From: an uncultured Chloroflexia bacterium
GTDB lineage: Bacteria > Chloroflexota > Anaerolineae > Anaerolineales > Villigracilaceae
Direction of reading: 5' to 3'
Assembly (NCBI GenBank): GCA_963709295.1
Contig: CAVPVW010000003.1
Location: forward strand, 403,283 to 467,282
DNA: 64,000 bases
The notes beneath the pieces were generated by a model that was given only the letters and a program-made list of their open reading frames with translations, had not been told where the DNA came from and ran no database searches. This document shows positions 10,137-19,089 of the stretch, one piece after another. Within the stretch, counting starts at the first letter, position 1. Each line of letters starts with the position of its first letter. The translations under genes were made by a program, and so were the position numbers.

Positions 10137-10756
10137 CCATTTGGGCAATCGTACCCGTTAAGCCATTGTTAGTTGGAAAATCCCGACTGGGCAGCGTCCT
10201 CTCCGGCGAGGAACGCGCCAGGCTGAGCCGGATGCTGCTCGAAAGAACGCTTGGAGTTTTGAAGGATACGCCCAGCATCGATGGTTCATTGGTCGTGAGC
10301 AGGGATCCCGAGGCACTGGCGATTGCACGCCAGTTTGGTTGCAGAACGGTGTTGGAACATGGACAAACTCAAACCGATCTAAACCTGGCTCTTTTACGGG
10401 CGACGACCGTCGCAAAGGCGTTCGAAATCAATGGGATACTGGTGCTTCCGGCCGATCTTCCGCTGATTTCCCCGGAGGATATCCAAGCCCTGGTGGATCA
10501 AACCGTAAAATCTCCGGTGGTCATCATCGCCCCGGACCGTCATAACGATGGGACGAATGCCATGCTCATGAGTCCGCCGGGATTGATTAAATTTGATTAC
10601 GGTCCGAATTCCTTCAATCGCCATTGCATGCACGCACTGGAGGCTGGCGCCAAGTTGGAGATCGTAAGGCGGGTGAATCTGGGTCTTGACCTGGATTTCC
10701 CGGATGACCTGGATTATTTCGAACAAATCCAAACTACAAGACAGGAGACGAAATGA
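10133..10756 (+). CDS. cofC: 2-phospho-L-lactate (or PEP) guanylyltransferase CofC/FbiD
   Basis: [19 protein letters not shown] is the classic CofC N-terminus. ~207 aa. Translationally coupled on both sides (ATGA overlaps). Confidence 0.65.
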   Translation: MTIWAIVPVKPLLVGKSRLGSVLSGEERARLSRMLLERTLGVLKDTPSIDGSLVVSRDPEALAIARQFGCRTVLEHGQTQTDLNLALLRATTVAKAFEINGILVLPADLPLISPEDIQALVDQTVKSPVVIIAPDRHNDGTNAMLMSPPGLIKFDYGPNSFNRHCMHALEAGAKLEIVRRVNLGLDLDFPDDLDYFEQIQTTRQETK

Positions 10757-11754
10757 CCAAGAGAGCAGCACTTTACTTGCAGGATTCGCACGACCTTCGA
10801 GACGGGCTCGACTACGTGAAATACGCCGAAGAGAAAGGTTTTGAGGCAGTCTGGCAGGCGGAATCGCGCCTGGTACGCGATGCCATCGTCCCCATGGCAG
10901 CGTACGCAGCCGTCACAAATCGGATCAAAGTCGGCTCAGGTGTCATCAACAACTGGACGCGAAACATCGGCCTGCTGGCCGCCACCTACCTGACGCTGGA
11001 TGACCTGGCTCCGAACCGAATTATCTGCGGAATTGGCGCCTGGTGGGATCCGCTTGCGAAAAATGTCGGCATTGACCGCCGCAAACCACTCACCGCGATG
11101 AAAGAAACCGTGTTGATCATGCGGCAGCTGCTCAAACTCGAGCGGGTCACCTTCCATGGTGAATTCATCCACGTGGACGGAATTGAATTGGACGTCGTTC
11201 ACGGCCGCAGGGAGCCTCGAAACGTGCCGCTCATGATCGGAGCGACAGGCGACCAGATGATGGAACTCACAGGTGAAATTGCCGACGGCGCGGTGCTCAA
11301 TTATTGCGTCCCACCCGACTACAACCACAAAGCTCTTGAGCTGCTCGAAAAAGGGGCTAAAAAAGCCGGACGCAGCCTGAACGACCTGGACCGGCCGCAA
11401 CTTATCGTCTGCTCGGTTGACCAGGATCACGACCGGGCCATCGAGACGTCCAAAATGCTGCTCTGCCAATATCTCGCGCAGCAGCCTCACATCGCCAAGG
11501 CCAGCGGAGTCGCCCAAGACGTTGTGACTGAAATCCAGTCGATCCTTGGGTGGCCAGCCACCAAGGAACAGATCAACAAGGCGAAATATCTCGTCCCTGA
11601 TGACCTGGTATTACGCATCACAGCTTCGGGTACGCCCGAAGAAGCCAAGCAGAAAGTTAAGGAATACGAAAACAATGGGTGCACTTGCCCGATCCTTTAC
11701 CCGGTCGGCGGAAATGTGAGACTCCTTATCGATACGTTTGGCACACCCGCGTAA
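10753..11754 (+). CDS. LLM-class (luciferase-like) flavin/F420-dependent oxidoreductase
   Basis: TIM-barrel LLM motifs ([44 protein letters not shown]). Position directly after cofC. Confidence 0.6.
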   Translation: MTKRAALYLQDSHDLRDGLDYVKYAEEKGFEAVWQAESRLVRDAIVPMAAYAAVTNRIKVGSGVINNWTRNIGLLAATYLTLDDLAPNRIICGIGAWWDPLAKNVGIDRRKPLTAMKETVLIMRQLLKLERVTFHGEFIHVDGIELDVVHGRREPRNVPLMIGATGDQMMELTGEIADGAVLNYCVPPDYNHKALELLEKGAKKAGRSLNDLDRPQLIVCSVDQDHDRAIETSKMLLCQYLAQQPHIAKASGVAQDVVTEIQSILGWPATKEQINKAKYLVPDDLVLRITASGTPEEAKQKVKEYENNGCTCPILYPVGGNVRLLIDTFGTPA

Positions 11755-11864
11755 AGCTGCCTCAATACACGGTAAGACACCAGACTGAGAGCGGGCAGCC
11801 TTCAAGCTGGTTTGTGGTATGATATCCGATTTGCGGCTTATGCCGATTTCTTGAAGGATTGATT

Positions 11865-12974
11865 ATGACGACCGAAACATTGTCCGCCTCCCCCCACTTG
11901 AGAGAAGAGTACGAACGGATGGCAGCCCTCTTTGATGCGCAACCCGGCATCGTTCAGCGGTTTCTTGAAGCCCAGGCGCGTGTCATCGCAGAGGCGTTGA
12001 TCGAACACATGCCTCAAGTACGATTCTCGCTCCCCGATCGCGTGGTAGGGAATGTGGCACATCTTGGTGAGAATGCACCCATGTCGGTCCCTCAAAGTTC
12101 TCGGGAACAAGTCGTGGGTGGCGTGAGGAATCGGCTGCTCAACAAAGACGTCCGGCTGGAACTGCGTCAGCGGCTGAACGCACTTGAGCAATCCCCGGAC
12201 CAGGCAATCGCGAGCAGTACGAGCCTGATCCGCTTTTCCACAGTGAACCATATGGTGCATAACATACTGCCATCGGGCCGCAGCGTCACTTATACAGCCG
12301 ATGAAGATGACGAAATTCCCACGATTCCTCAAGTCGATACGTATGAGCCCGAATCGGCCATCACTGCTGCGACAGATGCCATCGCCGAGGAAGGAAAAGC
12401 GGAGGAAGGGCGAGGCGAGCTGCTCGTTCCATTTGTCCCGGCCGCGAGAAGGTTCTTCCTCCCGCAATGGGTCGCCTTCGATGAAAAGAATAACCTGCTG
12501 GTTGGCTCGATCGAAGAAGCGGAAGCCCACGTCGCCTCCATGCAGCGATTTATGACCGTCCTGCATTCCGCGATTGCGCTGACGTCGTATATCGTCGCTG
12601 ATGAGGAATACCAAAAGAAACGCTACGGTATCTTGGGGCAGTTGATCAACCAGGGACGTGCGCTATGCACCTATCAAACCAAGGCAATCATCAGCAAGAT
12701 CAAATCCCGGGCAAAAGCACATGATCTGAACAGAGGTTTAAGTTTAAGTCTGCCCTATTTTGATGACCAGGAATTGCGGGTGAACTTCAGTAAATTCGAA
12801 GTCATCCCGGCTGGGAGGATAATGTTTGTGCCCGCCTTCGTGGTGCGCGCGTCCCGTGAAGAACAGGCCAAAGTGGCACAGGATACACGGTTGAATTCCT
12901 CGACACGACGCCACCTGCTTGCCGAACTTCAGCTCCTGGAGGATGCGTTCAAGTCCTCCGAAGAGATTCGTTAA
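11865..12974 (+). CDS. Hypothetical protein, no recognizable family
   Basis: 370 aa ORF with GAAGGA RBS 6 nt before the ATG at 11865. Ends 8 nt before the KimA-like gene, so co-transcription is likely. Acidic central low-complexity region. Confidence 0.4.
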   Translation: MTTETLSASPHLREEYERMAALFDAQPGIVQRFLEAQARVIAEALIEHMPQVRFSLPDRVVGNVAHLGENAPMSVPQSSREQVVGGVRNRLLNKDVRLELRQRLNALEQSPDQAIASSTSLIRFSTVNHMVHNILPSGRSVTYTADEDDEIPTIPQVDTYEPESAITAATDAIAEEGKAEEGRGELLVPFVPAARRFFLPQWVAFDEKNNLLVGSIEEAEAHVASMQRFMTVLHSAIALTSYIVADEEYQKKRYGILGQLINQGRALCTYQTKAIISKIKSRAKAHDLNRGLSLSLPYFDDQELRVNFSKFEVIPAGRIMFVPAFVVRASREEQAKVAQDTRLNSSTRRHLLAELQLLEDAFKSSEEIR

Positions 12975-12982
12975 GGTTTCAA

Positions 12983-14833
12983 ATGTCAATCCTTTTTACA
13001 GCGGGTCTACTGATCGTTTTCTTCTTTCTTTCGCTCCGAGCTGCACCGCAAGAAAAAGCGGAAGATGCGCACATCCACGGCGCAGGGCAAGTGGGGCTAT
13101 TGGCCGCCCTGGCACTGTTTGGCGTGGACTATTTCACATCCTATTTCTACGCCACCGGCGAAATGATGCATGCTCTGCATCCCTTTGGCCTGGAGCATCT
13201 GGCCTATTACGCAGTGATGTTCATCGGCCTGGCCAATCTTGTCTTTGGCGCACTTTACATGTATTCGCTGGGGGTTTTTAGTGAAGGCGGCGGTGCGTTT
13301 ACTGCAGCGCTGCGATATCTTGGACCCTCTCTAAGCCTTGTTGCCGCTTTTATCCTTCTCCAGGATTATCTTTTCACAATCGTTGTGTCAACTCTTTCGG
13401 GCGTGGACCAACTCCTCTCTCTGCAGCAAGCAGGCGGAATAGCCTGGTATTGGCACTTCTTAATCGGAGCAGCCCTTGTCGGAATAACCTGGTACATTAC
13501 CATTCGTGGTCGCGGCGAATCAGCGCGGGTTGTATTCACGGGGCTTGGGCTTTTCGTGCTTCTGACACTCACCATGGCTATCGGTTTGATTATCGCAAAA
13601 TATACGAATGTACCGCCTCTGCCCACCGAAGAGGCGATCGTCGAGACGACATCCATTGCAGAAGCACTATTTCACTTACTGGGTGCTTCCATGAAAGGGC
13701 TGGTCGCTTTGTCAGGTCTGGAGGCCATGTCGAACGGCATCCAATTCGTTATGGATAAGGACCCTTCAGTTGTCGCATGGGGTCGTAGAGTCTTACCTAA
13801 ACTGGAGAAAGTCTGGCATTTTTATAGCGGTAAATCAGGCATCGGCCGAATTGTTCAGACTTCATTCCTTTTCTATGGTGCGATCACAACATTATTCCTG
13901 ACCTATTTTTCCATACATTTTAATGCCTTTGACGGCGTAGCAGGCCGAAGCCTGGTTGGGAACCTGGCCTTCATCGGCTTTAATTCAATTTCTGCGAATG
14001 GTGGTTTTGTCCTATTCTGGACGTATCAGATTTTGGCTGTCGCGCTGCTTACTGCGGCATCCATGACAGCTTTCCAGGATCTTCAGGCTATCACGTGGAG
14101 AAACGTCGCGATCGGCGAGCTTCCGGAAGTGGTTGTGTATCGAAATCCGAAGGGGACATTCACGCGTCCTGTCACGGCAGCAGCTATTGTGGCTATCATT
14201 ATTCAGCTTCTAGTACGAGGCGACACAAGTACAGCCATCCCTTATTACGGGGTAGGCGTATTCTTGCCCATTGCCATCATGGGTCTGGCCATGCGCGAAC
14301 ACGTAAAGGAAAAGGTAACTGGCAGAAATCGAACCTTGGGATTAATTGGTACAACTTTTGCGACAGCACTTGCCACCTTCATTTTTGTCGGTCAGATTGT
14401 CACTAAATGGAACGAAGGCGGTTGGGTGGTGCTGATCGTGTTCACCGCGTTGATCATTCTTGCACATCTTGTCCTTATGTCTCCCGCAGGATACCGTGAT
14501 CCGGAGGATATCCATCGGGTCATCAGGGAGAAGTCCCGGATCCAGGGTTCCGCCGGTAATGTTGTGGAATGGCAATCGTTGAAGATCCAGGAGTACCGGT
14601 ACAACTTGCTCATGGGATTTTCAAGAGTGGCGGGATGGTTCGGAATACTCAAACCGATGAAATATGACACACTTCAAGCACCTGCACCATTCGGCACATT
14701 TGAAGAGGCCGTGCATCATACCGGGGAAAAAACCTTCTTAGAGGAATATGTAGAAGAAAATCAACCCAAGCAGCAACCCCGTCTAGGTGGACCACCCCCC
14801 GAAGCAGGCCCGGTCGACCAGGAACCTGAATAA
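12983..14833 (+). CDS. APC-superfamily transporter, KimA-like K+ (H+-coupled) importer, with a C-terminal cytoplasmic tail
   Basis: ~12 TM segments. Recognizable similarity to B. subtilis KimA/YdaO: DYLFTIVVSTLSGVDQL versus DYILTVAVSISAGTDAI, and GLVALSGLEAMSNGI versus GCSALTGVEAISNAI. Neighbours are K+-related (P-type ATPase, TrkA pair). Confidence 0.5.
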   Translation: MSILFTAGLLIVFFFLSLRAAPQEKAEDAHIHGAGQVGLLAALALFGVDYFTSYFYATGEMMHALHPFGLEHLAYYAVMFIGLANLVFGALYMYSLGVFSEGGGAFTAALRYLGPSLSLVAAFILLQDYLFTIVVSTLSGVDQLLSLQQAGGIAWYWHFLIGAALVGITWYITIRGRGESARVVFTGLGLFVLLTLTMAIGLIIAKYTNVPPLPTEEAIVETTSIAEALFHLLGASMKGLVALSGLEAMSNGIQFVMDKDPSVVAWGRRVLPKLEKVWHFYSGKSGIGRIVQTSFLFYGAITTLFLTYFSIHFNAFDGVAGRSLVGNLAFIGFNSISANGGFVLFWTYQILAVALLTAASMTAFQDLQAITWRNVAIGELPEVVVYRNPKGTFTRPVTAAAIVAIIIQLLVRGDTSTAIPYYGVGVFLPIAIMGLAMREHVKEKVTGRNRTLGLIGTTFATALATFIFVGQIVTKWNEGGWVVLIVFTALIILAHLVLMSPAGYRDPEDIHRVIREKSRIQGSAGNVVEWQSLKIQEYRYNLLMGFSRVAGWFGILKPMKYDTLQAPAPFGTFEEAVHHTGEKTFLEEYVEENQPKQQPRLGGPPPEAGPVDQEPE

Positions 14834-14870
14834 TCCTTAACTCAAGCAGCATCCTTCGCTGTTTCCTTTT

Positions 14871-17669
14871 ATGCCTACCACGCCAATTCAGGTAATGAGC
14901 GTCAAAGAAGTCCTTCTTGCGATGGATTCATCGCAAGAAGGACTTTCCTCTACTGAGGCTGAATCAAGACTGTCTTTGTACAGCAAAAACACGCTGCATG
15001 AACAACCCAAGACGCCACTATGGCAAAAATTCATCGATCACTTCAGGCATCCTGTCATCTGGGTGACCGTCGGGGCAAGCCTTATCGCCGCCATCATCGG
15101 GGATTGGATACTTGCGCTGGTCATACTCGTCCTTTCCTTCGCCAATAGTATTTTTCTCTTCTGGCGGGAATACCGTGCGGAGCAGGCGATCCAAAAACTG
15201 CAACAGATCCTTCCTATCTATGCCCATATTATCCGCGATGGACAGGAGACACACGCCAACGCCCAGGATATCGTCCCTGGTGACGTTCTCATTCTGGAAG
15301 AAGGCGATAACATTCCTGCAGATGCACGGGTCATCGAAGAGTACGGCCTGCGAACCAACAACTCCACTTTAACCGGAGAAGCTGTGCCTTCCCGGAAAAC
15401 CGCAGACCCTTCCTTCCTTGAAGGGCGCAGCGAGCTCGAGCAGCCTAATCTCATCTTCGCCGGAACCTCCGTGGCAGCCGGGACAGGCAGAGCGGTCGTT
15501 TATGCCACAGGGATGTTGACCCAATTCGGCCGCATCGCCCACCTGACCCAATCCTCCCAGGAACCGCCATCCCGCTTGAAAGTTGAACTCGAGCGGACTA
15601 TCGGAATCATTACATGGGTCGCCATTGGAATTGCCGGGCTCATTCTCCTTGTGAGCTATACGGATCCCGTCGTGCGCAGCCGGCTCTCCGATCCGCGCTT
15701 GCTGGCGCTTGGCATTCTGGTGGCTGCCATCCCTGAAGGATTGCCGGTCACTCTGACTCTTTCCCTGGCCATGGCGGTTCAACGATTGGCGCAAAAAGGT
15801 GTTTTGGCCAAAAAGCTGAACATCGTTGAAACTCTTGGGAATGTCACTGTAATTTGCACGGATAAAAGCGGCACGCTTACCCAAAACCAGATGACCGTGC
15901 GCGAAGCCTGGGTGTCCCATCAGCGCATCAAGGTGACTGGAGCCGGCTATGAACCTCGAGGAGAATTCATCCCCTCGCCGGTCGGACAGTCGTTTGAAAA
16001 TGATTTTAAAACATTGCTGGAGGCGGCCGCCTGTTGCAACAACGCGCGGGTGATCGCACCTTCACTTGAACATCCCATGTGGACCAACCTCGGCGATCAG
16101 ACCGAGGCCGCACTAAAGGTCGCCGCGCTTAAATTCAACGTGAACGAAGACACACTGGAGCTTTCCCACCCAAGATTCCACGAAATACCGTTTGATGCAC
16201 GCCGAAAACGGATGACCACCATCCACAGGGTTCTCGATAAAGAAGTCGCCTTCGTCAAAGGCGCCCCTCGAGAAGTCTTGCAACTTTGCACCCAAATCCA
16301 AATCAACGATCAGGCGGTCCCACTGACCAACGCAATACGCGCTGAAATCCTGACCGCTAATGACGACTACGCCCGAAACGCGCTGCGCGTGCTGGCATTG
16401 GCTCGCCGGGAATTGCCTGCAAAATCCGCATCCTATGCGGGCGATTCCATCGAAAACGACCTGACTTTCCTCGGATTAATGGCTATGATGGATCCGCCTC
16501 GCCCCGAAGTGGAATCAGCCATCCGCACTTTCCGTGAGGCAGGCATCCGCATCGTCATGATCACCGGGGATTATGGGCTCACCGCCGAATCGCTCGCGCG
16601 ACGTGTGGGTATGCTGTCCACACCCAATCCGCGCATCGTCACCGGCCAGGATATGGAAGAAATGTCGGAAACGGACCTGGCAAAGACCCTGGAGCAGGAG
16701 GTTCTTTTTGCGCGAATGGCACCGGAGCACAAATTAAAGCTTGTTTCGATTTTTCAATCCAGGGGTGATGTGGTCGCGGTTACCGGAGACGGAGTGAATG
16801 ACGCCCCGGCGCTTCGCAAAGCGGATGTCGGCGTGGCAATGGGTATAATCGGAACAGACGTTGCCAAGGAAGCGGCGGATATCATCCTGACCAACGATAA
16901 TTTTGGCGCCATCGTTTCAGCCATAGAAGAAGGGCGTGCGGTCTACGATAATATCCGGAAATTTCTTACCTACATCTTTTCAAGTAATGTGCCCGAGTTG
17001 GTTCCGTTCCTGGTGACGGCTATATTCCCCATTCCGCTAGCCCTGACCGTCAGGCAAATCCTCGCCGTGGACCTTGGCACCGACCTCATGCCCGCCCTCG
17101 GGCTTGGCGTGGAACAACCTGAACCCGGTATCATGCAGAAACCGCCTCGCTCAAAAAATCAAGCTGTGGTCGACAGCGGATTGTTGTGGAGGTCCTTCGG
17201 CTGGCTGGGTGTGATCGAAGTCTTGTTATGTTATGCCGGTTTTTTTGCAGTATTTTTTGTGACCGGTAATCTGGGGATGTTTTTTCCATTCTTCGCCGGA
17301 ATAGCCGTTCCAGAAAATATTTACACACCGATGGGTTTGCTTGCAGCCTACGCCATCGCCAATACGGTTTATCATGCCGGTGTTGTGACCGCGCAGGTTG
17401 GCAACGTTTTTGCCTGTAGAACAGATACCGCTCACAACTCCCAGTTAGGCTGGTTCAGCAACAAATACATCTGGGTAGGAATTGGAATAGAATTAGTCAT
17501 CATTTTCCTTCTTATATACATCCCGTTTCTGGCAGGAGTTTTTAATCACGTCGAGATTCCGCTGTATTATTGGCCGGCCTTGTTCATGTACGCGTTGATC
17601 CTATATGGTCTTGAATGGCTTCGAAAAGCCGCAATGCGACGCAGATATCGGAATCAATCAGTTCGCTAA
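14871..17669 (+). CDS. P2-type cation-translocating P-type ATPase (E1-E2 ATPase; specificity unknown, K+/Na+/Ca2+ class)
   Basis: ICTDKSGTLTQN phosphorylation motif. TGDGVNDAPALRKADVGVAMG hinge. N-terminal cation-ATPase domain with a 10-TM layout. 932 aa. Confidence 0.8.
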   Translation: MPTTPIQVMSVKEVLLAMDSSQEGLSSTEAESRLSLYSKNTLHEQPKTPLWQKFIDHFRHPVIWVTVGASLIAAIIGDWILALVILVLSFANSIFLFWREYRAEQAIQKLQQILPIYAHIIRDGQETHANAQDIVPGDVLILEEGDNIPADARVIEEYGLRTNNSTLTGEAVPSRKTADPSFLEGRSELEQPNLIFAGTSVAAGTGRAVVYATGMLTQFGRIAHLTQSSQEPPSRLKVELERTIGIITWVAIGIAGLILLVSYTDPVVRSRLSDPRLLALGILVAAIPEGLPVTLTLSLAMAVQRLAQKGVLAKKLNIVETLGNVTVICTDKSGTLTQNQMTVREAWVSHQRIKVTGAGYEPRGEFIPSPVGQSFENDFKTLLEAAACCNNARVIAPSLEHPMWTNLGDQTEAALKVAALKFNVNEDTLELSHPRFHEIPFDARRKRMTTIHRVLDKEVAFVKGAPREVLQLCTQIQINDQAVPLTNAIRAEILTANDDYARNALRVLALARRELPAKSASYAGDSIENDLTFLGLMAMMDPPRPEVESAIRTFREAGIRIVMITGDYGLTAESLARRVGMLSTPNPRIVTGQDMEEMSETDLAKTLEQEVLFARMAPEHKLKLVSIFQSRGDVVAVTGDGVNDAPALRKADVGVAMGIIGTDVAKEAADIILTNDNFGAIVSAIEEGRAVYDNIRKFLTYIFSSNVPELVPFLVTAIFPIPLALTVRQILAVDLGTDLMPALGLGVEQPEPGIMQKPPRSKNQAVVDSGLLWRSFGWLGVIEVLLCYAGFFAVFFVTGNLGMFFPFFAGIAVPENIYTPMGLLAAYAIANTVYHAGVVTAQVGNVFACRTDTAHNSQLGWFSNKYIWVGIGIELVIIFLLIYIPFLAGVFNHVEIPLYYWPALFMYALILYGLEWLRKAAMRRRYRNQSVR

Positions 17670-17692
17670 TTTTCAAAAGGAGGGCACGCATT

Positions 17693-18352
17693 ATGAAAAT
17701 CATTGTGATGGGCTGCGGACGTGTCGGGTCTCAGGTCAGCCTGGTGATGTCAGCGCATGGGCATGATGTCACCGTGATCGACCATGATAACAATGCGGAA
17801 AACCGCCTCGGCGCGGACTTCAAGGGAAAGCTGCTGCGAGGGTTGGGGTTTGACAGAAACGTATTGATGGAGGCAGGCATTGAAAGCTGCGATGCCTTCA
17901 CGGCTGTCAGCTCTTCCGATAATGCCAATATCGTGGCTGCGCGCATTGCGCGAAATATTTTCAAAGTTCCTCGCGTGGTCGCTAGGCTTTACGATCCCCG
18001 GCGGGCTGAAATTTATCAAAGGCTTGGGTTGTTAACTATCTCGACAACGACCTGGGGTGCTGAACGGATCTTTGAATTGATCACCCATTCAGACCTGGAC
18101 GTGTTCTACTCATTTGGCCGGGGTGAAGTTTCCATGCTCACGTATGAAATATCGTCGCTGTTGACAGGACGAACAGCCAAGGATATCACTGTTCCCGGCG
18201 AAATCACGGTCGTCTCGGTCACCCGGGACGATAAGGCGTTCATTCCATCCAGCGGGACAACCTTCAAAGAGGGCGATGTCGTCCACCTGGCGGTACTATC
18301 AACGGCGATGCCCCGCCTGGAAGAAATGCTTGGCCTTGAAAGGAGGGTATAA
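17693..18352 (+). CDS. TrkA-family RCK protein (NAD-binding TrkA-N + TrkA-C); CeoB-like
   Basis: MKIIVMGCGRVGSQV Rossmann start. AAAGGAGGG RBS. ~220 aa, paired with a paralog downstream, as in the mycobacterial ceoB/ceoC pair. Confidence 0.7.
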   Translation: MKIIVMGCGRVGSQVSLVMSAHGHDVTVIDHDNNAENRLGADFKGKLLRGLGFDRNVLMEAGIESCDAFTAVSSSDNANIVAARIARNIFKVPRVVARLYDPRRAEIYQRLGLLTISTTTWGAERIFELITHSDLDVFYSFGRGEVSMLTYEISSLLTGRTAKDITVPGEITVVSVTRDDKAFIPSSGTTFKEGDVVHLAVLSTAMPRLEEMLGLERRV

Positions 18353-18354
18353 CG

Positions 18355-19035
18355 ATGTTCGTGATCATTGTCGGAGGTGGCAATACCGGTTCCTATCTAT
18401 CCAAGCTGTTGATCGACGCCGGCCATAAAGTGCGCGTCATCGAGGAACGTCCCAACCTACTCGAGAAACTCAAGGCTGAAATCCCCGAGGATTCCATCAT
18501 CGCTGGAGACGGGAGTTCCCCATCGGTGCTCGAACAGGCCGGCATTTTGCACGCCAATGTGTTGGCAGCCGTAACTGGTGCAGATGATACAAATCTTGTA
18601 ATTTCCTCGCTGGCTCGGTTTGAATTCAAAGTTCCGCGTGTGATCAGCCGTGTCAATAATCCCAAGAACGCCTGGTTGTTTACCCCTGAAATGGGAGTGG
18701 ACGTATCCCTTAATCAGGCGGAAATCCTTGCCCACCTGGTCGCGGAAGAAATGTCCCTGGGCGACATGATGACATTGCTCAAGTTGAGGCGAGGCGAGTA
18801 TTCATTGATCGAGGAGAAGGTTCATCCCGATTCCGTTGCGGCGAACAAGCCTCTGCGTGATTTAACCATGCCGCCGGAAACGACGATCGTGGCCATCATC
18901 CGAAAGAGCCAGCTCATCATCCCTAAAGGCGATACGATCCTGCTTCCCGCCGATGAGATCATTGCCCTGCTCCGTGACGCCCATCTCGCTGAGCTTGGTG
19001 CGCTGCTAAGCCCACCGGCAGCGATTACGCGATAA
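18355..19035 (+). CDS. TrkA-family RCK protein, second paralog (CeoC-like)
   Basis: MFVIIVGGGNTGSYLSKLL Rossmann start. TrkA-C-like C-terminus. 2-nt intergenic gap from the upstream paralog. Confidence 0.7.
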   Translation: MFVIIVGGGNTGSYLSKLLIDAGHKVRVIEERPNLLEKLKAEIPEDSIIAGDGSSPSVLEQAGILHANVLAAVTGADDTNLVISSLARFEFKVPRVISRVNNPKNAWLFTPEMGVDVSLNQAEILAHLVAEEMSLGDMMTLLKLRRGEYSLIEEKVHPDSVAANKPLRDLTMPPETTIVAIIRKSQLIIPKGDTILLPADEIIALLRDAHLAELGALLSPPAAITR

Positions 19036-19039
19036 CGAA

Positions 19040-19072
19040 AAAAAGGCAGGAGAAATTTCCTGCCTTTTTTTC
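19040..19072. terminator. Bidirectional rho-independent terminator between convergent genes
   Basis: AGGCAGGA / TCCTGCCT 8-bp stem with a 6-nt loop, flanked by an A-tract upstream and T-tract downstream (AAAAAAAGGCAGGAGAAATTTCCTGCCTTTTTTT). Confidence 0.75.
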
Positions 19073-19089
19073 TAATAATCCGATGCAGA

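Noticed and set aside
11838-12614. 258-aa minus-strand ORF antisense to the 11865-12974 gene
   Set aside because: Typical GC-rich antisense open frame. No RBS. Arg/Gly-rich low-complexity translation. The sense-strand gene has RBS and operon context.
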